A stretch of 64,000 nucleotides of DNA from Coriobacteriales bacterium (GTDB taxonomy: Bacteria > Actinomycetota > Coriobacteriia > Anaerosomatales > JACRBU01). Under the pieces are notes generated by a model. It had not been told where the DNA came from. It saw nothing but the letters and a program-made list of their open reading frames with translations, and did no database searches. The stretch lies in assembly GCA_016213085.1 (NCBI GenBank), contig JACRBU010000157.1:1065-65064 (forward strand). The letters run 5' to 3'. The translations under genes and the position numbers were made by a program. Positions 10,288-23,004 of the stretch are shown here, one piece after another (the stretch's first letter is position 1; the number at the start of each line of letters is the position of its first letter).

Positions 10288-10800
10288 CTAGAGGACCGCT
10301 GTCGCGCTCACCGTCGCCGTGAACGTGTACGTGCCTGCGCTCGAGTAGCTGGACGGCATGTCGAGCTGGGTGTCGCAGGTCACCGTCGTCCCCGGAAGCA
10401 GCGACGTCATCAGGACGTTGGAAGACCCCGAGACCCACACGGAGCCTCCGGACGTCTTCACGAACTTCCAGCTGTACTGGTTCGCCCCGGGGGAGTCCGA
10501 CTCCACGGCCGTCCACGACCCGCCGCCGCCCTGCCTCGTCGCCGCTCCGCCCTGGATGAGGATGCGGCAGGGCAGGAGCCCGGTGCTCTGCACGACCGTC
10601 TGCTCACTGCCGGTCGGCGGGACGTTCGTCGTCCCGTGACCTTGCGATCCGTAATCGAGCGATTCGCCCGAGTTCACATTGACGCCATAGAGCAGATCGC
10701 CGGCTGCGGGGCTCGGGCGCTGGAACATCGGCAGCAGACCGGCGACGAACAGAGCGAACGCTACCGCGAAAGACAAGGTGGCAAGGTGGCGCCTTGTCAT
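10288..10800 (-). CDS. Small secreted beta-rich protein, paralog of 12127..12636 (last gene of a four-gene envelope operon)
   Basis: Signal/anchor sequence LATLSFAVAFALFVAGLL. Shared blocks with the paralog include VNV.SG.SLDYGS, TNV.PTG..QTV, GGGG.SWT, Y.W.FV, LDMP.SY and F.ATV.ATA. The ATGA start overlaps the previous gene's stop. Confidence 0.6.
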   Translation of the reverse strand: MTRRHLATLSFAVAFALFVAGLLPMFQRPSPAAGDLLYGVNVNSGESLDYGSQGHGTTNVPPTGSEQTVVQSTGLLPCRILIQGGAATRQGGGGSWTAVESDSPGANQYSWKFVKTSGGSVWVSGSSNVLMTSLLPGTTVTCDTQLDMPSSYSSAGTYTFTATVSATAVL

Positions 10801-11444
10801 CGGCTCGCTCTCTCACTCGAGTTCGCATCCGTGAGCGGCGCGATGTCAGCCTCGCGGACATCGGTGACGAAGCCCTCCTCGACGGCGAACCACATGTATC
10901 GCCGCGAGAGCTCGGAGTCCGCTTCGAGGCGGTCGGCGACTTCGGCGAGCGTGACGCTCGTCCATCCGCTCGGGGTGCGCATTCGCACGGGAGTGCCCTT
11001 GGCCGCATAGAGCGTGTCGGTCCTGCCGTGGTGACCGAGAACGTAGACCCCTTCTTCGGTCGTGTCGCCATTGGACGCAGCCACGGACGCAGCGGTCTTG
11101 CCGGTCAGCAGCTGACCGGGGAAGAAGTGCACGATCAGCACGCCGTCGTCCTCCTCGATTCGACTGAAGCGCCCGAGGTATCGCGAGCTGTCCTCGGCGG
11201 CGGGCGAAGCGACGGTCGCCGTCGCGCCTGTCGAAGGCGCGCCTCCGCTTCGCGCGAGTTCCGCCTCCACCTGGGCGAGGCGAGTGTTGGCCGCTGAGAC
11301 TTGGCGCTGCACGTACGCGATGACGCCCGCGCACAGCGCAAGTACGATCACGACAAGCACGACGGGCCGGGCATCGAAGACGAAGGGCTCCCGCTCCTCG
11401 GGCTGCGCGATGCGTTCGGAATGTATGTCCGAGTGATGTATCAC
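10797..11444 (-). CDS. N-terminally membrane-anchored hypothetical protein (TM, short coiled coil, about 130-aa extracytoplasmic domain)
   Basis: 215 aa with TM PVVLVVIVLALCAGVIAYV followed by SAANTRLAQVEAELARS. I recognise no domain. GTGA/ATGA overlaps couple it to both neighbours. Confidence 0.5.
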   Translation of the reverse strand: MIHHSDIHSERIAQPEEREPFVFDARPVVLVVIVLALCAGVIAYVQRQVSAANTRLAQVEAELARSGGAPSTGATATVASPAAEDSSRYLGRFSRIEEDDGVLIVHFFPGQLLTGKTAASVAASNGDTTEEGVYVLGHHGRTDTLYAAKGTPVRMRTPSGWTSVTLAEVADRLEADSELSRRYMWFAVEEGFVTDVREADIAPLTDANSSERASR

Positions 11445-12079
11445 GTGAGATCACCCTGGGGCGAGGGTCCGGAGTCCTCGCGCCGGCGGTTCGGCAGGAG
11501 TCCCAGTCCGATGGCAGCGAAGATGCCTGCCAGAGCAAGCAGGCCCGCGTACGACCACGGCGCGTATCGCGCGAAGAACCCGACGACCAGCCCCCATCCG
11601 ATGACGAGCGGATTGCCTCGAGCGACGCTCACGGTCAGCCGGGGACCGGCGGCGACGTTGAGGAGCGCGCCGCTCGACGAGGGTACCTGCCGGTCGGATG
11701 TTCCGAGAAGCAGCGCCCCGTAGTCGCCGGCGACAGCCGAAGCCGGCACGTCGACACGCGTGTCGAATGTCATGCTGGAATGGGGAGGGATCGTTGCGCT
11801 GGCGGGGGAGAACGTGAACCAGGACGCCTCAGGGGTCCGCACGCCCTCGACGGGTGCGACACGCATGACGTAGGTGGCTGCCACGTCTCCCGTATTGAAG
11901 ATCGTGATGGTCGGGAGTTGCTTGCTGCTCCCTGGAGTGAGCGGCTCCTCGATCGTGATCCTTCCGGTGTCGGTTCCCGCACCGATGCTCGCCGCCGACG
12001 CCATGGTCGGTGCCACCAGTGCGCAAACCATCGCGACGGTCAGTATCGATCGCATCCGGGTCCGCCTCACCGTTGCCAT
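11441..12079 (-). CDS. Secreted single beta-sandwich-like protein with a C-terminal TM anchor
   Basis: The start was reset to the ATG at 12079 (MATVRRTRMRSILTVAMVCALVAPTMASA signal peptide). The pattern LPTITIFNTGDVAATYVMRV...FTFSPASATIPPHSSMTFDTRVDVP...GDYGALLLG resembles CARDB/NEW3/DUF916-type or PapD-like sandwiches. C-terminal hydrophobic helices are followed by RRRED. Confidence 0.55.
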   Translation of the reverse strand: MATVRRTRMRSILTVAMVCALVAPTMASAASIGAGTDTGRITIEEPLTPGSSKQLPTITIFNTGDVAATYVMRVAPVEGVRTPEASWFTFSPASATIPPHSSMTFDTRVDVPASAVAGDYGALLLGTSDRQVPSSSGALLNVAAGPRLTVSVARGNPLVIGWGLVVGFFARYAPWSYAGLLALAGIFAAIGLGLLPNRRREDSGPSPQGDLT

Positions 12080-12126
12080 CCCTTCGCCGCTGGCACGTCG
12101 CCGGTGCAGTGACACGCGTTGCGCGC

Positions 12127-12636
12127 CTACGGTGCCGTCGCAGCAACCGTGGCCGAGAACGTGAACACCGCAGGGGTGGTGTAGCTTGTCGGCATGTCGA
12201 GGTAGGTGTCGTAGGTCTTCGTTCCCGCTGGCGCCAAGCTCGCGACGAGCGTACTCGCGCTGGAGATCACCGCTACGTCGGTCACGCCCTCCACGAAGCG
12301 CCACCGGTACTCGTTGGCTGCGGGTGCGAGGGCGACGGGCGTCCAGCTCGTGCCGCCGCCTCCGGGTGTGGCGTCGCCGCCGGTGATCGTGATCTTCTCG
12401 TCAGCGTTGCCGGTGTTCGAGATGACGGTCTGCGTGAGTCCGGTCGGCTGCACGTTGGTCGCGCCGGCGGCGCGACTGCCGTAGTCCAGGGACGCGCCTG
12501 AGTCGACGTTGACCGCGTAGGTCGGTGTCGCCGTCACGGTGCCTGTGATGGTGGTGCCCGCCGTGGCGATCGCTGGCAGGGTGACGACGAGTGCGACGGA
12601 CACGCATACCGCGGCCCATCCAAGTCGCCGCTTCAT
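12127..12636 (-). CDS. Small secreted beta-rich protein, paralog of 10288..10800 (first gene of the envelope operon)
   Basis: Signal peptide MKRRLGWAAVCVSVALVVTLPAIATAG and a strong SD (GGGAGGAGG) upstream. By eye it is roughly 45% identical to the 10288 paralog over the mature region. Confidence 0.6.
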   Translation of the reverse strand: MKRRLGWAAVCVSVALVVTLPAIATAGTTITGTVTATPTYAVNVDSGASLDYGSRAAGATNVQPTGLTQTVISNTGNADEKITITGGDATPGGGGTSWTPVALAPAANEYRWRFVEGVTDVAVISSASTLVASLAPAGTKTYDTYLDMPTSYTTPAVFTFSATVAATAP

Positions 12637-12884
12637 CGCCGCTACCTCCTCCCGGCCCTCTGGGGGCCGACATGACGCTTGGAGGCGCGAGGAACTGGCC
12701 CGGCAGTCGGCGCTGCGCCGTTCCCCTCGGTGAACGCTGGCCGCGCGGCGGCTCCCTCGAGCCCCGCACGTCTGGTTATTCCCTCTGTTCTATCGGCAGG
12801 GTTCTCATCGGGGATTAGCGATGAGGTGATGGGCGAGCAAACGTGACGCTGCACACGGCCCCTACGGGAACGACACCCGCCAGC

Positions 12885-15507
<2,623 letters not shown>

Positions 15508-16725
15508 CTACAGAGAGTAGCCAACTTCAGCGTGCTCGGTGACGTCAAGACCCTGAACTTCGACATCCTTGGCCACACGCAGGCCAAAGACCTTCTCGAT
15601 CGCTTTCAGCATTACCCAAGTCAGCCCGAATGAATAGGTGACAACCACAGCGGTGCCGATCAGCTGGGGGACGATGAGCGCGGTGCTTCCCTCGATGAGT
15701 CCCGATACACCGCCGATTCCGTTGACCGCGAGCACGGCGATAGCGAGCGTTCCAAAGACGCCGCCGGCGCCATGCACGCCAACCACGTCGAGGGAGTCGT
15801 CGTAGCCGAGCCGGTCCTTCAGGAGCACCGCCCAGTAGCAGAGGGCCCCGGCGCACATCCCGATCACGAGCGCGCCGAGCGGCGAGACGAAGCCCGAGGC
15901 AGGGGTGACGGTCGCGAGTCCCGCAACCGCTCCGGTCGCGGCTCCGAGCGTCGTGGCGCGTCCCGTGTGGAAGCGCTCGGCGAGAAGCCACGTGAGCATG
16001 CCGGCCGCTGCGGCGACCTGCGTCGCGATGAACGCGGCGATCGCCTGGTCGTTGGCTGCAAGTGCAGAGCCGGCGTTGAAGCCGAACCAGCCGAACCACA
16101 GGATGCCGGTACCGAGCAGCGTCATAGTGAGGTTGTGAGGTGCGATGTCGGGGTTACCGTAGTCGATCCGCTTGCCGAGGACGATCGCCGCGGCCAATGC
16201 GGCAGCGGCGCTCGACGCGTGGACGACCAGGCCGCCGGCAAAGTCCTTGACGCCGAGCTGAGCGAGCCAGCCGCCGCCCCAGATCCAGTGCGCGACAGGC
16301 GCATACACGAGCAGCACCCAAAGCACGGAGAGGATCGCCCACGAGCGGAACCTCATCCGCTCGGCGAAGGCGCCGGTCATGAGCGCTGGCGTGATGATCG
16401 CGAACATGCACTGGTAGATCGCGAACGCGCCCATCGGCAAGGTGCCCGTCCTCCCGCCGAGGACCCCGGCGAACCCGACGTGGTCGAGGCCGCCGATGAA
16501 GCTGCCCAGCGGGCCCGTGGCTGGCCCGAAGGCAAGCGTGTAGCCGATGAGCAACCACACGACCGTGATGGTCCCGATCGCGAACACGGACTGCATCATC
16601 ATGGAAAGGACATTCTTCGTCCTGACCATCCCGCCGTAGAACAGCGCAAGTCCGGGCGTCATGAAGAGCACGAGTGCGGCCGACACCAGCACGAATGCGG
16701 TGTCGCCGGCGTTGACTCCAGCCAC
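15508..16725 (-). CDS. amt: Ammonium transporter (copy 1)
   Basis: 405 aa, polytopic, with Amt signatures (FMTPGLALFYGGMVR, DFAGG.VVH, WFGWFGFNAGS). GTG start preceded by AAGGGGAGG. Confidence 0.95.
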   Translation of the reverse strand: MAGVNAGDTAFVLVSAALVLFMTPGLALFYGGMVRTKNVLSMMMQSVFAIGTITVVWLLIGYTLAFGPATGPLGSFIGGLDHVGFAGVLGGRTGTLPMGAFAIYQCMFAIITPALMTGAFAERMRFRSWAILSVLWVLLVYAPVAHWIWGGGWLAQLGVKDFAGGLVVHASSAAAALAAAIVLGKRIDYGNPDIAPHNLTMTLLGTGILWFGWFGFNAGSALAANDQAIAAFIATQVAAAAGMLTWLLAERFHTGRATTLGAATGAVAGLATVTPASGFVSPLGALVIGMCAGALCYWAVLLKDRLGYDDSLDVVGVHGAGGVFGTLAIAVLAVNGIGGVSGLIEGSTALIVPQLIGTAVVVTYSFGLTWVMLKAIEKVFGLRVAKDVEVQGLDVTEHAEVGYSL

Positions 16726-16799
16726 GGGGCCTCCCCTTTGTCAGACCGCGAGTCGCGAGTCGCGGCTACCGTCAGCTGCCTGCACGGTATGAGGGGCGT

Positions 16800-16815
16800 G
16801 TTTCCGTGATGTTTC
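16800..16815 (-). promoter_or_regulatory. Direct repeat GAAACA-N5-GAAACA on the gene strand, 75-90 nt upstream of amt copy 1; candidate OmpR-family (GlnR-like) box
   Basis: The plus strand reads GTTTCcgtgatGTTTC. The same arrangement occurs upstream of amt copy 2 (18657..18672). Confidence 0.35.
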
Positions 16816-16903
16816 GACGGGATTTCGCCGAGGTATCGCAAACGGGCCCCATCGCGGCGGTCGACCGCAGTGGGGCCCGTTTCTTCCTGCCGGAAGGAGC
16901 CGG

Positions 16904-17344
<441 letters not shown>

Positions 17345-18571
17345 TTACTCGAAGATGTAGCCCTCTTCCGCGTGCTCGCTGATGTCGAGACCGCGTGACT
17401 CGACCTCATCGCTCACGCGCAGGCCCATGACCATGTCGATGACCTTCAGGAAGATGATGCTCAGCACGAAGGAGAACGCCCACGCGGCGACGATGCCGAC
17501 GAGCTGGAGCACGATCTGGCTCGGGTTGCCGTAGAGAAGACCGTTGCGACCGGCCTCGTTGATGGTCGTGGTGGCGAACACGCCGGTCAGAAGCGCACCG
17601 AGGGTTCCGCCGACTCCGTGGATGCCCACCACGTCGAGGGCATCGTCGAAGCCGAACTTGCCCTTGATGAAGAGGCCGAAGTAGCAGGCGACGCCGACGA
17701 CGAGGCCGATGACGATCGCGGCCCAGGGCTCGACGTATCCGGCGGCCGGCGTGACTCCGACGAGGCCGGCGACAGCGCCGGAGGCGGCACCGAGAACGGT
17801 CGGCTTGCCGGCGTGCATGGTCTCGACGAGGGTCCAAGCCAAGAGCGCGGCGGCGGCCAGATGCGTGTTCATGAACGCCGAACCGGCGAGACCGTTCGCG
17901 GCAAGCGCCGAACCAGCGTTGAAGCCGAACCAGCCGAACCACAGGATGCCCGCGCCGAGCACCGTCATCGGCAGGTTGTGAGGGTGGATCTGGTCGGTGC
18001 CGAGGTCGCGACGCTTGCCGAGCATGATGGCAGCAGCGAGGGCGGCGGCAGCCGATGAGATGTGGACGACGGTCCCGCCGGCGAAGTCGAGCGCGCCGAG
18101 CCTGAACAGCCAGCCGTTCGTCTGCCATACCCAGTGGGCGAGCGGCGAGTAGACGAAGATCGCCCAGAGCGTCGCGAAGATGACATACGCACGAAACTTC
18201 ATGCGCTCGGCGATCGCGCCCGTGATGAGGGCGACCGTGATGATCGCGAACATCCCCTGGTACATGGCGAAGACGCTCAGCGGGATCGTCCCGAAGAGCT
18301 CGCCGTTGACGTTCATGAGCCCGGTCATGCTGAAGTCGCCGATGAACGCCGACAGCGATCCGGTGCCCTCGCCGAACGCGAGCGTGAATCCGACCAGCGC
18401 CCAGATGACCGACACCAGGCCCATGGCGAAGAAGCTGTGCATCGTGGTGGAGAGCACATTCTTCTTGCGGACCATGCCGCTATAGAACGCGGCAAGACCC
18501 GGCGTCATGAACAGCACCAGGGCCGCCGATGCGAGCATCCAGGCGGTGTCGCCTGTGTTCAGCTCAGGCAT
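17345..18571 (-). CDS. amt: Ammonium transporter (copy 2)
   Basis: The start was reset to the ATG at 18571 (MPELNTGDTAWMLASAALVLFMTPGLAAFYSGMVR), preceded by GAAGGAGGA. The track ORF runs to 19042 and is a false extension. Confidence 0.93.
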   Translation of the reverse strand: MPELNTGDTAWMLASAALVLFMTPGLAAFYSGMVRKKNVLSTTMHSFFAMGLVSVIWALVGFTLAFGEGTGSLSAFIGDFSMTGLMNVNGELFGTIPLSVFAMYQGMFAIITVALITGAIAERMKFRAYVIFATLWAIFVYSPLAHWVWQTNGWLFRLGALDFAGGTVVHISSAAAALAAAIMLGKRRDLGTDQIHPHNLPMTVLGAGILWFGWFGFNAGSALAANGLAGSAFMNTHLAAAALLAWTLVETMHAGKPTVLGAASGAVAGLVGVTPAAGYVEPWAAIVIGLVVGVACYFGLFIKGKFGFDDALDVVGIHGVGGTLGALLTGVFATTTINEAGRNGLLYGNPSQIVLQLVGIVAAWAFSFVLSIIFLKVIDMVMGLRVSDEVESRGLDISEHAEEGYIFE

Positions 18572-18656
18572 CCTCGTCCTCCTTCTCGTGCAAGTAGCCG
18601 GGGCGGTTTCAGAGCGCCCGACTGCCGACAGGTTGGGGGCAGCGTACGGACCCCTT

Positions 18657-18672
18657 GTTTCGCATGTGTTTC
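18657..18672 (-). promoter_or_regulatory. Direct repeat GAAACA-N5-GAAACA on the gene strand, 86-101 nt upstream of amt copy 2
   Basis: The plus strand reads GTTTCgcatgtGTTTC. More GAAAC/GAAAACC repeats lie at 18692-18727 in the same divergent region. Confidence 0.35.
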
Positions 18673-18857
18673 GGTGTGGTGTCGCGCCCGTGAAACCTGA
18701 AACAGCGGCGAAAACCTGCGGAAAACCCCGCCTGGCGGTCGGGGGCGGCGTCGTCCGCTGACGATGTGGAACGGTTGACGTGGGCAGCGCGCGGGAACCG
18801 TTGAGGCAAGAGTGAGATGATTCGAGTCGTACGGTATCGACGCGAGAGGGGACGGGG

Positions 18858-19364
18858 ATGAAGCGCTTCGGACTAGTGATCGCGGCACTGCTCTGCATCG
18901 CCATGGCGGCCGGACTGGTCGGCTGCCAGCAGATCGCGGAACAAGCCGCCGAGTCAGCCGCCGAGAAGGCGACCGGAACGAAGATCGACAAGGAAGGCGA
19001 CTCCATCACGATCGAGGGCAAGGAAGGGGAGAAGGCCACCATCGGGCAGGGTGAGCTCCCCGCCGACTTCCCGACAGATGCTCCGGTCTACCCGGGGGCC
19101 AAGGTCGTCGCCAGCTACGAGCAGGGGACCGGCGCGGCCAAGTCCTACGTCGTGACGTTCGAGACAGCCGACCCGGCCAGCAAGGTCAACGACTGGTACG
19201 TGACCGAGATCGAGGCTAAGGGTTGGACGATCGACACGAAGGCGAACCAGGGCGAGAACTACATCCTGAACGCAACCAAGGGCACCCAGCGTCTGGCCCT
19301 CACCATCGCCGCCGATCAGGGGCAGGCGAAGACGCTCATCAACGAGACCGTGACGCCGGAGTAG
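18858..19364 (+). CDS. Hypothetical lipoprotein
   Basis: Signal peptide with lipobox (LLCIAMAAGLVGC). 168 aa, with no domain I recognise. Confidence 0.6.
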   Translation: MKRFGLVIAALLCIAMAAGLVGCQQIAEQAAESAAEKATGTKIDKEGDSITIEGKEGEKATIGQGELPADFPTDAPVYPGAKVVASYEQGTGAAKSYVVTFETADPASKVNDWYVTEIEAKGWTIDTKANQGENYILNATKGTQRLALTIAADQGQAKTLINETVTPE

Positions 19365-19390
19365 GCGTAGGCGTTCGCATGGTTCGCGCC

Positions 19391-19416
19391 GCGGGCCGCC
19401 CGATCGGGCGGCCCGC
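19391..19416 (+). terminator. Perfect 11-bp GC hairpin downstream of the lipoprotein gene
   Basis: GCGGGCCGCCC-GATC-GGGCGGCCCGC. No clear U-tract follows. Confidence 0.5.
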
Positions 19417-19464
19417 TCCATTCGTGGCGACGTTTGCTCGCGTGCGTGCGGCCGTGCTCAACAG

Positions 19465-19478
19465 CGAACGTGCGTTCG
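19465..19478. promoter_or_regulatory. LexA/SOS box CGAAC-N4-GTTCG upstream of uvrA
   Basis: CGAACGTGCGTTCG matches the Gram-positive/actinobacterial consensus (T)CGAAC-N4-GTTCG(A). A TACAAT -10 lies at 19494-19499 and uvrA starts at 19546. Confidence 0.6.
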
Positions 19479-19545
19479 AGTACCGATGCGGGGTACAATC
19501 GAACCTTGCCTGGAATCCCACTGTTTGAGTTAGGCAGGTTCGGCG

Positions 19546-22422
<2,877 letters not shown>

Positions 22423-22520
22423 GCATCGCGCGGCTGGGAGTAGGACGGGAGGCTGAGTCGCCTCGCAACGTCTTGACGCCAAAGCGATATGGTGTCATGG
22501 TCGAACAGGAGGTGGCGCTG

Positions 22521-22751
22521 ATGTCGGAGTTGCGCCGTTCGACGATCTACCTCGAGCCGGAGCTGCACCAAGCACTGCGGCTGAAGGCTGCTCAGACGGA
22601 CTGCTCGCTCTCGGAGTTGGTGAACGATGCTGTACGTCTGATGCTCGCGGAGGATGCCGAGGACTTGGCAGCATTCGAAGATCGGGCTGACGAGCCGCTC
22701 GTCGCCCTCGAGGACGCGGTCGCCTACCTGGAGCGAAATGGCGACCTATGA
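22521..22751 (+). CDS. Ribbon-helix-helix antitoxin (RelB/CopG-like)
   Basis: ATG at 22521 preceded by AGGAGG. The N-terminal RHH sequence is STIYLEPELHQALRLKAAQTDCSLSELVNDAV, followed by an acidic tail. It overlaps the toxin start by 14 nt. Confidence 0.7.
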   Translation: MSELRRSTIYLEPELHQALRLKAAQTDCSLSELVNDAVRLMLAEDAEDLAAFEDRADEPLVALEDAVAYLERNGDL

Positions 22752-23004
22752 GGTCGCCGTCAAGGCGTCTGTACTGAAGGACCTGAAGCGCCTCGCCCCC
22801 AGGGACCGCGAACGATGCCTCGCCGTCATTGGCGAGCTCGCCGGGCAGCCTCGCCCTCCAGGATGCGAGAAGCTGAGCGCCCAAGAGCATTACCGAGTGC
22901 GTGTGGGAGGCAACCGCATCGTGTACGAGATCCGCGACGCGCAGCTCGTCGTGTGGGTGGTCAAGGTCGGTAACCGGGGAGACGTCTACAGGCGGATGCG
23001 ATGA
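22738..23004 (+). CDS. RelE/ParE-family toxin
   Basis: 88 aa from the ATG at 22738. Contains the typical ...HYRVRVGGNRIVYEIRDAQLVVWVVKVGNRGDVY. Its TGA stop overlaps the uvrC ATG (ATGA). Confidence 0.75.
   Translation: MATYEVAVKASVLKDLKRLAPRDRERCLAVIGELAGQPRPPGCEKLSAQEHYRVRVGGNRIVYEIRDAQLVVWVVKVGNRGDVYRRMR

Noticed and set aside
12686-12702. A weak GG-N10-GC match (GGGCCAGTTCCTCGCG on the minus strand) upstream of the four-gene envelope operon, considered as a sigma-54 promoter.
   Set aside because: Only the GGC and GC cores match. The flanking -24/-12 positions do not (GGGCCA versus TGGCAC, TCGCG versus TTGCA). Matches of this quality are expected by chance in GC-rich DNA.
16835-16853. A sigma-54-like sequence, TGGGGCCCGTTTGCG (minus strand), upstream of amt1.
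   Set aside because: The spacing is GG-N9-GC, one nt short of the invariant N10. The sequence is also one arm of a hairpin (GGGCCCCA...TGGGGCCC).
18572-19042. The N-terminal 157-aa extension of the amt2 ORF. Similar extensions occur at 5609 (ubiB), 8352 (larE), 12304 (envelope gene), 28923 (yvcK), 31069 (gap), 34134 (gpmI), 40830 (oppF), 42766 (rSAM) and 58891 (STAS-kinase).
   Set aside because: The extensions overlap neighbouring genes or promoters and lack family-typical sequence. Internal starts with strong SD sequences or stop/start overlaps give proteins of canonical length.
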